From assembly GCA_035655435.1 (NCBI GenBank), contig DASRUN010000023.1, positions 29,437 to 93,436 on the forward strand: 64,000 bases of DNA, given 5' to 3'. The notes under the pieces were generated by a model. That model was given only the letters and a program-made list of their open reading frames with translations, was not told the origin of the DNA and searched no databases. Positions 29,212 through 39,458 of the stretch are shown in pieces; the first letter of the stretch is position 1; each line of letters starts with the position of its first letter. The DNA comes from an archaeon. Its GTDB lineage: Archaea > Iainarchaeota > Iainarchaeia > Iainarchaeales > Iainarchaeaceae. The translations under genes were made by a program, and so were the position numbers.

Positions 29212-29532
29212 TTACACCGGTAATTTATCCAAATACCCTTTTCTTTTCAAATATTCAACCTGGAATCCTATGAAGCGCCATTTGATGTCCGCTTTTATTG
29301 GCTGGAAATCCCATAATTTGATTATAACAACATCTCTTTCGCGCATCCATGCGCGTTTTTTCATTTTTCCCGGAATTCTGCATGATCTTTCCTGTCCGTC
29401 TTCGCACAGAACTTTTATTTGGTCTCCGCCCATTATTTGTTTTACGACTCCGAACATTTCGAGTTCTTTCCTGTTCGGCAACCTGATTTTTCTTACCGCT
29501 TCCTGTTCGTTTGTTTCAACTTCTTTTGCCAA
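29212..29532 (-). CDS. eif1a: Translation initiation factor aIF-1A
   Basis: CEDGQERSCRIPGKMKKRAW, WDFQ. Confidence 0.95.
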   Translation of the reverse strand: MAKEVETNEQEAVRKIRLPNRKELEMFGVVKQIMGGDQIKVLCEDGQERSCRIPGKMKKRAWMRERDVVIIKLWDFQPIKADIKWRFIGFQVEYLKRKGYLDKLPV

Positions 29533-29534
29533 AT

Positions 29535-29834
29535 TTATAACCTCAATAGTATTGCGTGTTTTATGCCCTTGATCTTTATGACCTGTGAATCTTTTATTAA
29601 CCCCTCTTTGAGTGCAACTCCAACACTTTTTTCTCCGAACAAGTTTACGCTATCAGCCTCTTTCAAAAGTTCTTTCATTTCTTTTTCTGATGTTTTTTTT
29701 CCCTTGTAAAAATCCGCATCAATTGTAACGTCGTATTTCCCTTCTTTCAAATTTTTTCCGAGAATATTTTCATCGCAGCACGCGAGAACCTTTTGGTTTT
29801 GCATTTCATAAACTTTGCAAAAAATGTTTTCCAA
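29535..29834 (-). CDS. DUF424 family protein
   Basis: VLACCDENILGK, FYKG, VNLFGEKSV; adjacent to aIF2-beta. Confidence 0.85.
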   Translation of the reverse strand: MENIFCKVYEMQNQKVLACCDENILGKNLKEGKYDVTIDADFYKGKKTSEKEMKELLKEADSVNLFGEKSVGVALKEGLIKDSQVIKIKGIKHAILLRL

Positions 29835-29841
29835 TTAGTAT

Positions 29842-30249
29842 TCACCTGATTACCTTTACAGGCCTGAGCGCTCCGCATGCGGTGCATTTGAGCATTTTCA
29901 CGCCGTTCCTGTCTATTATTTCCGTGTCGGGTTTATTGCATTCCTGGCACATTACATATTCTTTCAAATAAGCGGTGAACAATTTGTCCATCATATCCGG
30001 ATAAAATTTTCCGTTGAGGATAAGCTTGTCCCCGTCGATTATTGCGGCGGTTGCGGTTTCTTTTGTTACAAATTTGTAAAAGTGCTTTTCATCCCTTTTC
30101 ACGCTTTTGAGGGCTTGTGTAAAATTTTTTATTATTGTTTTCTTTCCCTGTACATTGCTCTCTAATCTAGGCAATTCGAACCTTTCTTTGGAAACCGTTT
30201 TTTCCGGTAATGATCCATAAAGGCGCGCGAGCATTTTGTCGTATTCCAT
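29842..30249 (-). CDS. eif2b: Translation initiation factor aIF-2 beta
   Basis: ERFELP, KTIIKNF, CQEC..PDT..CTACGA zinc ribbon. Confidence 0.93.
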   Translation of the reverse strand: MEYDKMLARLYGSLPEKTVSKERFELPRLESNVQGKKTIIKNFTQALKSVKRDEKHFYKFVTKETATAAIIDGDKLILNGKFYPDMMDKLFTAYLKEYVMCQECNKPDTEIIDRNGVKMLKCTACGALRPVKVIR

Positions 30250-30342
30250 GAATCATTTGCGTTGTTAAAGCCTTTTAAATGAATTCCACCGCGTTTTGGA
30301 CTTAGCGTAATAATTAAATATGCTCGAAACCTTGAATTAGTT

Positions 30343-30750
30343 ATGGTCAGAAAACTGAAACAAATTAAACAGTCTCCAAGAGCGGATAATAAGCCACAGA
30401 GTTTTTTTTCCAGGCATTTATCGAGATTCAGCGGGATGCTCGGTAAAAAAGTTAGTCGGGAGAGCAGTATGGCTCACATCGAATCTTCCTATCATAAATT
30501 TATGGCTCTAATGGTGTCGGAGAATTATAATGCCGCCAAGCTTTTTGCCAGGGATTTTGGAAACTATGAGGGCAAGGTTCATCCGGATCATGCCCTGCTT
30601 CTGGAAAAATTTGAAAAAACTCATGGGTCTTTTGAGGATCTTAACACCAATCAATTGAAATCATTGGCTACGTTGATGGAAAAAATTCGGACAGAACATC
30701 ATACTAAACAATCCAAGATTCCTTCCGGCGCAAAACTAAGAACTGCCTAA
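30343..30750 (+). CDS. Orphan protein with basic N-terminus
   Basis: 135-aa ORF; ATTAAATA about 25 nt upstream. Confidence 0.55.
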   Translation: MVRKLKQIKQSPRADNKPQSFFSRHLSRFSGMLGKKVSRESSMAHIESSYHKFMALMVSENYNAAKLFARDFGNYEGKVHPDHALLLEKFEKTHGSFEDLNTNQLKSLATLMEKIRTEHHTKQSKIPSGAKLRTA

Positions 30751-30764
30751 TCCGGTTTTTATTT

Positions 30765-31349
30765 ATGAGTGAAGAGCATTCCAATTTTGATTTAGTCAGG
30801 AATGTGCTTCTCATTCTCGGTTTTTTTGTTGTTGCTTATTTTATTTCGCAGAATTATGAAGTTGTCCTTGCCCTTACCACAGGCTATGGTTTGGTTGGTT
30901 TGTTCATCGGCGCCTTGATTGCGAATGCAACAATTCTTTTTCCGCTTTTTGTTGAACCTATTTTGTTTGCGCTTGCTTCTTCACAGGCAAGTATTTATGA
31001 TGCGCTACTATTGGGGTTGATCATGGGGATTGGAGCAGGTTTTGGGGAAATGAGCGGTTATCTGATCGGTGTATTGGGTGTTTCTACAATAAAAAAACAG
31101 GGTTTGTATAAGGTTGATCAAATGGTTGATATTACAAAAAAATTGGAAAAATCAGGTATGATTTTCATTTACATCGGCGCAATAATTCCTTTTCCTTTCG
31201 ATCTGATCGGAGTTACTGCCGGTCTTTTGAAATATGATTTCAAAAAATTTTTTGTTGCGGCGGTTTTGGGGAAAACAACCAGGTATATTCTGATTGCAAT
31301 TGCGGGCTATTATAGTATTGGTTTGCTGAAAGCTTTTGTTGTGCATTAA
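30765..31349 (+). CDS. DedA/VTT (SNARE-associated) membrane protein
   Basis: GAGFGEMSGYLIG, IPFPFDLIG, GKTTRY. Confidence 0.85.
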   Translation: MSEEHSNFDLVRNVLLILGFFVVAYFISQNYEVVLALTTGYGLVGLFIGALIANATILFPLFVEPILFALASSQASIYDALLLGLIMGIGAGFGEMSGYLIGVLGVSTIKKQGLYKVDQMVDITKKLEKSGMIFIYIGAIIPFPFDLIGVTAGLLKYDFKKFFVAAVLGKTTRYILIAIAGYYSIGLLKAFVVH

Positions 31350-32176
31350 AATCCGGCTAATTTTGCCAAGCCAAAAGCAATGAGCATCAGAATTGTTTGC
31401 AATGGAAGTGCGGGCAACGCCCTTCCTGTTTTGAGCGATGCATAGTTCAGTGTTATAATTAATCCTGCAAGCGATGCAATCAGAATTGCAATGCTAGGTA
31501 TGAAATTGTAAGGTTCGGGGATTGTTTTGCTTGTCGCCCCGAGAACGCTTGCCGCAAATGCAAGTGGAATAACCATGTCTCCTGTTCCTAATTCAAATTG
31601 GTGTTCTTTTGTCGGAAGAGCATAAGTAAAGGAAAGATTTTTTTTCGTAACTCCTTTTGCTAATGTAACCATGTGTTTTGTTTTGAAAACCGCAATGTAA
31701 TCGTAAACCGAAAGGAGTACTATGAATAAAAGAACCGGGAAAATTCCAAGTGAAACTCCGATTAATGCTCCTGCTCCGGCAGCAGCTATTGTGCTTGAAA
31801 TATTTCTCAGCCAAATGTTTTTGCTGAAAATTATTCTCACTATAACCAATAGGGTTGCGATTCCGAGAATGATTTCATCTAGCACGCGTGTGGGGAGTAA
31901 TACTATTATTGTTGTTCCGAATATTGCCATGCTTTCAAATATTTTTAGTATGATTCCAAGCAGCCAGTCCGGGGCGAATTTTATTAATACGATCAAAACC
32001 GCGGAAGTGAAAATTATCCATATGATGAGCGCCACTCCGTTTTCGGCATCATCCGGGTTATCTGTTACAATTGTTGTTTTGATGTTTTCCTGAATTAAAA
32101 AATTTGCAGTCCAAAGGCCGATTGCCTGTGTAATAAGAAAAATGAAAATCAATTGTGCGATTAGTTGTTTGTTCAT
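31346..32176 (-). CDS. Presenilin-family intramembrane aspartyl protease
   Basis: YD, LGTGD (GxGD) and PALP motifs in TM context. Confidence 0.9.
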   Translation of the reverse strand: MNKQLIAQLIFIFLITQAIGLWTANFLIQENIKTTIVTDNPDDAENGVALIIWIIFTSAVLIVLIKFAPDWLLGIILKIFESMAIFGTTIIVLLPTRVLDEIILGIATLLVIVRIIFSKNIWLRNISSTIAAAGAGALIGVSLGIFPVLLFIVLLSVYDYIAVFKTKHMVTLAKGVTKKNLSFTYALPTKEHQFELGTGDMVIPLAFAASVLGATSKTIPEPYNFIPSIAILIASLAGLIITLNYASLKTGRALPALPLQTILMLIAFGLAKLAGF

Positions 32177-32219
32177 GCTTCAGAATTAGTGGATGGATGT
32201 ATTTAACTGTTGTTTTTTT

Positions 32220-32882
32220 TCATTCAAAAAGCTTTCTTCCGATTCTAAGTACTGTAGCCCCTTCCTCTATTGCGATTTTGAAATCGTTGCTCATTCCCAT
32301 TGAAAGATGATGCAGACTCAGGTGCTCTTTTATTTCTCCAAGCGTTTGGAAGCACTCACGAATTCTTTGCGTATCCTCTGTAAGCGGTGCCATTGTCATC
32401 AATCCAATAAATTTCACATTTTCATAAGGCAAATTTTTCATTGTGGTTAGTAGCGCTTCAACTTCTTCGGGGTTCATTCCAAATTTTTGTTTTTCTCCGG
32501 AAGTGTTAACCTGCAAAAATATATTTTGCACTTTATTTATTTCCAGCGCGGCATAATGTATTTTTCTAAGTAGATCAAGCGAATCAACGGAGTGGATATA
32601 ATCCGCCATTTCAACAACGCTTTTCACTTTGTTGGTTTGTAAGTGTCCGATGAAATGGATATCCGCTTTCAGTTTTTTGAGTTCCGGAAATTTTTCCTCA
32701 AGTTCCTGCGCCTTGCTTTCCCCAATATCCTGTATTCCAAGCGAAACCGCTTCTTTTACTTCTTTCATGCTCCGTTGTTTTGTAACCGCAATCAAAGTGA
32801 TTTCTTCCGGTTTTCTGCGGGCTTTTTTGCATGCTTCGGCTATTTCTTTTTGCAACTGCATGTAATTTTGCTTTATTTTCAT
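32220..32882 (-). CDS. yggS: YggS family PLP-binding protein
   Basis: IAVTK, HFIGHLQTNKVK, GLMTM, LSMGMSND. Confidence 0.93.
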   Translation of the reverse strand: MKIKQNYMQLQKEIAEACKKARRKPEEITLIAVTKQRSMKEVKEAVSLGIQDIGESKAQELEEKFPELKKLKADIHFIGHLQTNKVKSVVEMADYIHSVDSLDLLRKIHYAALEINKVQNIFLQVNTSGEKQKFGMNPEEVEALLTTMKNLPYENVKFIGLMTMAPLTEDTQRIRECFQTLGEIKEHLSLHHLSMGMSNDFKIAIEEGATVLRIGRKLFE

Positions 32883-32936
32883 AAATAATTAGTTTTGGAA
32901 AAGGCTTTTATCTGCGTCTTCTTGGTGTTTTTGGTT

Positions 32937-33164
32937 CTATGGCATTCTTTTTCTTGGCGGCAATCCCGGGCGTCTTGTGTGGCTTCCCGCTAAAATGTTT
33001 TCTCTTTTTACTAGCCCTTTTACCGCCAAGTCTTCTATCACAAGTCTAGCTCTTGCTTCTGTGGGAAATAGGTTGTGCTCTATAAGAAATTCAAGCACGC
33101 CATTTACTGTTCGTGGCGTTTCAAGAGAACGCGCTATTAGTTGTTTCAATTTTTCGTCCGCCAT
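32937..33164 (-). CDS. Small orphan, possibly winged-helix-like, with basic tail
   Basis: MADEKLK... ORF; TTTATAG about 25 nt upstream. Confidence 0.45.
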   Translation of the reverse strand: MADEKLKQLIARSLETPRTVNGVLEFLIEHNLFPTEARARLVIEDLAVKGLVKRENILAGSHTRRPGLPPRKRMP

Positions 33165-33195
33165 AATTAACAATAATTTTCAATCTATAAATTCT

Positions 33196-36100
33196 TTACG
33201 TCGGTTTCACAAACCCGTGTTTCGGATGATAAACATCTCCGGATTTTTGGAGTTTTGAAATCAGGTCTCTGACTTTGTCGACGTCCAAACCTTGCGTTTT
33301 CGCTTCCGCTATTACTTCTTCCATTGGAACCATGTCAAGTTCCTGCGCTTTCTCTTTTATTATCGCCAAAATTTTCTTTAAATTAGAGAGTTGTGTGTGC
33401 GTTTGCCCCGATGTTATAATGTCAATGTCTATTTTTCCGGTTTCAGGGTCCGTAACCATGTCCTCCAAAGAAGTTCTGACCAATCTTATTGCTCTTTCAA
33501 CATCCTGTATTGCAATGTCATTGCTCAATCTTACTCTTGCGCTTGCTTCCGATAATCTGATCAATCCTTCAAGCTGCCTGTGTGTTGCGGCATAAGCTCC
33601 TTCTTTTCTTCCTTGATCACGCAATTGTACGTAAAAATCAGAAATTTTTTGCATTCCTTCTGTTGTTAATATTGGGAAAATGTTTTGGCGTGCATAGGAA
33701 ATATATTTTTTCAATAAATCTCCGGTTATTTTTGGGGTGATGAGTTCCGTCATTTCTTCAAGTTCCATGTCTTTTTTTGCTATCCCTCTTTTTTTTCTTT
33801 GTAACATCATTTCTCCTGCTTTGTGGCTTTTCAAAATGTGCCCTGCTATTTCAATGTCCTTTGTTCTATCGAGAACATCTTTGATCATGAAAAATAAATC
33901 AAACCTGCTGATGAGTGTTGGGGGAAGGTTTATTTGTTCAATAAAAGGTTGATAAGGATCGAAGCGGGAATATTTTGGATTTGCCGCCGCCAACACGGAT
34001 GTTTCTGTTTTAAATTTTGTAACAATTCCCGCTTTTGCAACGCTGATCTGTTGCTGTTCAAGTGCTTCGTGCATTGCACTTCTATCTTCCGGATCCATTT
34101 TGTCGAATTCATCCACCATTGCCATTCCGCCGGAAGCAAGTACAAGCGCTCCTGCTTTGAGTGTCCATCCCCCTTCTCCAAATTCGTCTTTTACCGCGGT
34201 TGCCGAAATTCCTGCTCCTGTTGTGGTTTTTCCCGCAACGTAAATTGATTTTGGTGCAATTGCGTCTGTTGCCCTAAGGATTGCGGAGTTGTGTGATATT
34301 ATTCCGTTTGAAATGAAATTATGGAATTTATCAACCTCTATGTCGTAAATCCATTCTTCATTCGGAATTTTTTCTATCTTTTGTATCTTATCCCAAAAAA
34401 TGTCGGAAAATGCCTGTTTGTAAATATTCAATATGTTTTCCTGTGTTTTTAGATCATACGTGTTCAGCTCTTCAAGTTTTTCCAACAAATGGATTGCAAT
34501 TTTTTGGAGGGTTTCTCTGCTAGGGTTTCTGTCTCCTCGCTCAAAATGCTGGTACGTTGTTCTCGGAATTCCCATTTCGAATTGTGTGAGATTGAGGGAT
34601 TGCCTTGCTTCTTTGAGTTCTTCTGAAATATTCGGTATTACATCCACGTTCGTGTTTTCTTTTTTTTCATTCAAAACAAATGATCTTACCGCTTCCTGTT
34701 TTCTTTTTGTTACAAATCCTATTTCGTTCGCAAATTTTTTGGCAAATTTCCCCGTTATTCTTATTCGCCTGTATTTTCTTCTTATTTTTTTTTCGGTATT
34801 TGAGGCGAAGTTGGTTACTTCCTTGTTTGAACTCACTATTCCGAATTCAAGAAGCATTTGTTGGATGGAGTTTGCCAATTTTGGGCTCGCGCTGGAAAAT
34901 TCAATGCATCGCATGTCGCTCCTGACATGCCCTTCTCCCTCAATGTATCCTTTTAGGAAATTTCTTTTTACATCAAGCGGACTTTTGAGTATTTTCTCAG
35001 GAACCGCTTTTTCGGAGGACTTTTCCAATAATGCGGGAGCATTTTTTTTCAATAAATCTCCGAGTTCCACGCCGCTGATTCTTATTTCAAATGAATCGCT
35101 TGTTTCAACTTTGTGCGGTTTTATTCCGAACATTTCCTTTGAAAGCTTTGTGAAATCTTCCAGAACTTCATCATCTGAATTTGTAAATCTTAACTCCATT
35201 GTCGAATCTGATTGCCTTGAGTAACCTTCCGCGCAATAATATCCCATTAACCTCGCGATTTCATCATTAATATATTTAGGAACGGCAATGTGAATTGCGT
35301 TTGTTTTTCCGCGTATAGGGGGTGTTAATTCCTGAAATTTTTGTTTTAATTCCAACTTTCTTGGAGTTGCAATGTAATCGTTTGTGTCAAGGTATTGTGT
35401 TTTTACTGCCTTTATTTTTCCGTGATAAGGGATGAAAAAAGGATGTGTGTGAGTGACTTTTATTTCTTTTCCGGATTTGGTTGTGATTTTGAACATTTCA
35501 ATAGGTTTTCTTTTGAATGCCCTTAGGATTTTTCCCTGAATTATTTTTCCGTTCCCATCCATTATTGGTATGTTTCCTTTCGCATCGGAATAAACGCCAT
35601 CGTCAAGTTTTGAGTTCGGATTTTGTTTTAGGAATTTTTCCACAAGATCCTCCGCCTTTACGGTTGTTCCATCATCCGTTAGTATTTGCGTGCTTCCGGA
35701 AACGCACTTTGCCATTCCCGGATCTCCAACTAATAGAACATGAATGTTTCCCCTGATCATTTGATCATTCGGAAGCGTTTTTCTTACTCCGCCAAATAAT
35801 TGGAGTGCGATTGATTCCTTTACTATTTCATGCCCGTAAATGTGGGGCGCGATGCTTTGAATTAAAAGATCATAAACTTCGTCGCGCGCGGCAAGTTTTT
35901 TTATTTCCTCTTCCTCGTCTTTTGAGATTTCAACTTCCTCAAATTCTTTTGCGGTTTCATCCAAATGCACGGCTTCCAAATAGCGTCCGTAAACTATTTT
36001 TTTTTCTTTTGGCGGCACCAATCGCAAAATTCCGGTAATTCTTGTTCTATCTCCGGGCGCAACTTTATTCACCAAATCATCGCTCACATAAATGTCAAGG

Positions 36101-36711
36101 TTTGTTGCCTGTTCGCTTCCTTTCAAAAGTTCCAATGGTTCCTGTATTTGTATTTTTTGATAGTCAACAAATTCCGAGCTTTCTTCTTCCAAATTAAATG
36201 TTCGGTTTTTGCATTCCGCGCACATTGACGGTGTTCGCGGCTGGTTTTTTGTTTGCGGAACTTTGTATGATGCGTCGCATTTTGCGCAAATCCAGTTTGC
36301 AAATTTTAGTTTTGGGAGAACTTCCGTAACCTGTCTTATTAATCCTTCAACTGAAATGAGTTTGTTGATGTGCGAGGAGCTTATATCTCGCAAAATAGGT
36401 TGTCTTTCTTCGGGCAAATTAAAAATTCTGATGTACGGACTGAACTCATCAACTTCGAGAATTGGAACTTCTACATTTTTGATTGCCTGCGCTGCCGCGG
36501 CCATGCAAATATCGGGATTTTCCAGTATTTCATCCGCCAAATCAACATCATAGTGTTCTATTTCTTTGAAATCGACAAAAAGGCTTTTTTTTGCGGGATA
36601 ATCATTCACAAGCTTTTCAATTTCTTTGATGAAGCGGTCTTTGAAAAACGCCTCAAATTTTTCCACAAAAGGGTTATCTTCCCTTGATCCAAGCGCTTCC
36701 TGTGTGTACAT
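33196..36711 (-). CDS. mcm: MCM replicative helicase, intein-containing precursor (about 698 aa spliced)
   Basis: Zn finger, GDPGMAK|S Walker A, VDEFDKM, AAANP, SRFD. Confidence 0.97.
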   Translation of the reverse strand: MYTQEALGSREDNPFVEKFEAFFKDRFIKEIEKLVNDYPAKKSLFVDFKEIEHYDVDLADEILENPDICMAAAAQAIKNVEVPILEVDEFSPYIRIFNLPEERQPILRDISSSHINKLISVEGLIRQVTEVLPKLKFANWICAKCDASYKVPQTKNQPRTPSMCAECKNRTFNLEEESSEFVDYQKIQIQEPLELLKGSEQATNLDIYVSDDLVNKVAPGDRTRITGILRLVPPKEKKIVYGRYLEAVHLDETAKEFEEVEISKDEEEEIKKLAARDEVYDLLIQSIAPHIYGHEIVKESIALQLFGGVRKTLPNDQMIRGNIHVLLVGDPGMAKCVSGSTQILTDDGTTVKAEDLVEKFLKQNPNSKLDDGVYSDAKGNIPIMDGNGKIIQGKILRAFKRKPIEMFKITTKSGKEIKVTHTHPFFIPYHGKIKAVKTQYLDTNDYIATPRKLELKQKFQELTPPIRGKTNAIHIAVPKYINDEIARLMGYYCAEGYSRQSDSTMELRFTNSDDEVLEDFTKLSKEMFGIKPHKVETSDSFEIRISGVELGDLLKKNAPALLEKSSEKAVPEKILKSPLDVKRNFLKGYIEGEGHVRSDMRCIEFSSASPKLANSIQQMLLEFGIVSSNKEVTNFASNTEKKIRRKYRRIRITGKFAKKFANEIGFVTKRKQEAVRSFVLNEKKENTNVDVIPNISEELKEARQSLNLTQFEMGIPRTTYQHFERGDRNPSRETLQKIAIHLLEKLEELNTYDLKTQENILNIYKQAFSDIFWDKIQKIEKIPNEEWIYDIEVDKFHNFISNGIISHNSAILRATDAIAPKSIYVAGKTTTGAGISATAVKDEFGEGGWTLKAGALVLASGGMAMVDEFDKMDPEDRSAMHEALEQQQISVAKAGIVTKFKTETSVLAAANPKYSRFDPYQPFIEQINLPPTLISRFDLFFMIKDVLDRTKDIEIAGHILKSHKAGEMMLQRKKRGIAKKDMELEEMTELITPKITGDLLKKYISYARQNIFPILTTEGMQKISDFYVQLRDQGRKEGAYAATHRQLEGLIRLSEASARVRLSNDIAIQDVERAIRLVRTSLEDMVTDPETGKIDIDIITSGQTHTQLSNLKKILAIIKEKAQELDMVPMEEVIAEAKTQGLDVDKVRDLISKLQKSGDVYHPKHGFVKPT
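34288..35706 (-). mobile_element. Intein (473 aa) in the MCM Walker A, with LAGLIDADG and Cro/C1 HTH
   Basis: CVSGST...NFISNGIISHN|S; MGYYCAEG and FLKGYIEGEG blocks; LKEARQSLNLTQFEMGIPRTTYQHFERG. Confidence 0.95.
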
Positions 36712-36750
36712 TCCGGTTCACTAAAAATTGGTGTTTTTTTGGTATTTAAA

Positions 36751-36851
36751 CAGTCGTAGACCCCTCTATGCCGGTGCGCGGCGGATAGGTCCGCCGTCAG
36801 ACCTGTGCGACCTGCGGCCCCACAAGCTTCGCTTTGGCTTTTGCCCGACTG
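36751..36851. ncRNA. Candidate structured RNA of about 100 nt, family unassigned
   Basis: GC-rich intergenic block closed by CAGTCG/CGACTG; inner hairpin CGGCGGA-TAGG-TCCGCCG. Confidence 0.4.
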
Positions 36852-37046
36852 CCTTTTTGCGTACTGAGAATTTGCGTTTGGGAAATTACTTTCTTATTCA
36901 AATAAGGGTAAATAATTCTTAACCAGTTGGGTTACGGAATCGGAATTTCTATTCGCGGGTTTATTCGGAAACCGAATTTTTGTTATGTATTGTGTGCAGA
37001 TAGGCATCCACAAATTGTAAATATGTGTACGCCGTACATATAGTAT

Positions 37047-37196
37047 ATGAGCAACCGTAATATTGTCAAGTGGCAGAACAAGGGAATAATGCGCTTTTTC
37101 GGCGTCATGAAGGATTCAGATTGGAGTGCCAGGGAAAGAAGAATGGGTGCTTTCAGGAAATCTTTTGAGGAGAGGCTAAAGGCGATTGGTTACTGA
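37047..37196 (+). CDS. Small ORF (49 aa) resembling the C-terminal half of archaeal VapB-type antitoxins
   Basis: MSNRNIVKWQNKGIMRFFGVMKDSDWSARERRMGAFRKSFEERLKAIGY; the family resemblance is weak. Confidence 0.3.
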   Translation: MSNRNIVKWQNKGIMRFFGVMKDSDWSARERRMGAFRKSFEERLKAIGY

Positions 37197-37294
37197 AAAT
37201 TGTCTGCTAAATGGTTATTTTTTGAATTTCAGTTCTGTTTAAATAAAAATTCTGGTTTGTAATAATAGTTCCTTATCTTGGAGGTGAAGCGGCT

Positions 37295-39452
37295 ATGAGC
37301 AAAAAGTTCTATATTACAACAGCGATTGATTATCCAAATTCTAAGCCCCATCTTCGGCCATGCTTACGAAAAAACCGTTGCTGATTGCATTGCGCGTTGG
37401 CATCGCCTGAAAGGCGAAGATGTTTTTTTTCTCACAGGAACAGATGAGCACGGAAAAAAAATCCAACAAGCGGCGGAAAAAAGTGGGAAGACACCCAAAG
37501 AGTTTGTTGATCAGCAAGTAATTGCATTCAAGAAGATGTGTGAAAAGTGGAATATTTCATATGACAATTTTATCAGGACAACCGATCCTAAGCACGAAAA
37601 AATATGTCAAAAATTGTTTCAAAAATCATTTGATAAAGGCGATATTTATCTTGGCAAGTATGAGGGTTTGTATTGTATTGGATGCGAAGCATACTACCTT
37701 GAAAAAGATCTGCAAAATGGTTTATGCCCAATACATAAAACAAAACCTGAAAAAATCAAGGAAGAATCCTATTTTTTCAAAATGAGTAAATATCAAAAAC
37801 AATGGCTGGATTTTATTGAAAAAAATCCGGAGTTCATTTATCCTGTAAGAAGGAGACAGGAAATTATCAACCGAGTGAAAGAAGGCATTAATGATTTGAG
37901 CGTGTCAAGGACAAGCTTTAGTTGGGGAATTCCTTTGCCGAATAATCCAAAACATGTGTTGTTCGTGTGGTACGACGCACTAATTAACTATCTCAGCGGA
38001 ATAGATTATCCTTCTAAAAAATTTGAAAAGTATTGGCCTGCGGATATTCATGTTGTGGGCAAAGACATTTTATGGTTTCACAGTTTCGTGTTTGTCACAA
38101 TGCTTTTCTCAATGGGAATTGAGCCGCCGAAAAAGGTTTTTGTTCACGGCTTCATCAACACTTCTTCCGGCGAAAAAATGTCAAAAAGCTTGGGAACTGT
38201 AATTGATCCTTTGGAAATTTCCGAAAAGTATGGTTTGGAAACTGTTAGATATTATTTATTGCGCGACGTTCCTATGGGAGAGGATGGAAATTTTTCCGAA
38301 GAAGCAATGGTTGAGCGTTATAACAAAGAACTTGCAAACGATCTTGGAAATCTTGTACAAAGAACCCTTTCTCTTGCCGAAAAAAAATTGAACAATAAAA
38401 TTCCTAACGCTAAAACCGATCCAGTGCTTCAAAAAGAATTGCATTTGAAAAAAATCGAAGACCACATGGAAAAGCTTGAGATTCATAGTGCTTTGAGCGA
38501 GATTTTTTCTTTTGTTGGCGCGTGCAACCGTTTTGTGAATGAGAAAGAACCTTGGAAGCAATCAGGAAAGGATTTGGAAACAACTTTGTATTCACTCCTT
38601 GATTCTATTAGAGTGATTTCAATTCTCCTTGCTCCGTTTTTGCCTGAAACAAGTGAAAGAATTTCAAAACAATTGAATGTAAAATTAGGAAATTTTTCCG
38701 ATGCAAAATTCAATCTCCTAAAAGTCGGAACCAAGTTAGGGATAAAGGAAATTTTGTTCGAAAAGCTTGAATTTAAGGAAGAAAAGAAATCCGCGCGTGA
38801 AATAAAAGTTTCCATAGATCCGAAATTATCAAAATTAGGTTTCAAATTGAGTTGTGCGATTATTGAAGGAGTTTCAGTAAAAAAAAAGCACGAGGGTTTG
38901 GAGCGGTTGAAAAAGGATTTTGTAAAAAGCGCTTCTTTGGATTCGAAGGAAACTTCCAAAGTCATTCAGGGTTATCTTGATTTGTATAAGGATACAAATG
39001 TTCCGCAGGAATATCATGCGGTACAGAACTTAATTGATTTGGCAAAGAAATCCGGGAACATTCCGCAAATAAACACGGTTGTTGATTCATATAATTTGGT
39101 TTCCCTCAAAAAGGGTTTGATTGTTGGGGCGCATGATATTGAAAAAATTTCCGGAAACATTAAAGTAAAATTCGCGGAGGGAAATGAATTGTATATTCCT
39201 CTCGGAAAAACAGATCCGATGAAAATAAAGAAAGGTGAATATGTTTTTGTTGATGATAAAGTTGTTTTGTGCCGTTTGGATGTGAAGCAAGGAGAACACA
39301 CTAAAGTTGATAATTCAACTAAGAATGTTTTTTTGTACGTTCAGGGGAACAAGAACACTCCGCAGAAATATGTTGATGATGCAATGAAAGAGATTTTGGA
39401 TTTGATTGAAAAGTATTGTAATGGAACGGGAAAAATAATTGTGGTAAATTAG
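37295..39452 (+). CDS. metG: Methionine--tRNA ligase with C-terminal B3/4 domain; +1 frameshift at about 37355
   Basis: SD GGAGGTGA then MSKKFYITTAIDYPNSKPHL in one frame; GHAYE, GTDEHG, WYDAL and KMSKS in the +1 frame. Confidence 0.9.
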
Positions 39453-39458
39453 CCAAAA

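Noticed and set aside
36860..37046. Possible replication origin next to mcm
   Set aside because: No orc1/cdc6 gene nearby and no recognisable ORB repeats.
37326..37355. ORF-track start of metG (MIIQILSPIF)
   Set aside because: An artefact of the frameshift. The true N-terminus with SD begins at 37295 in another frame.
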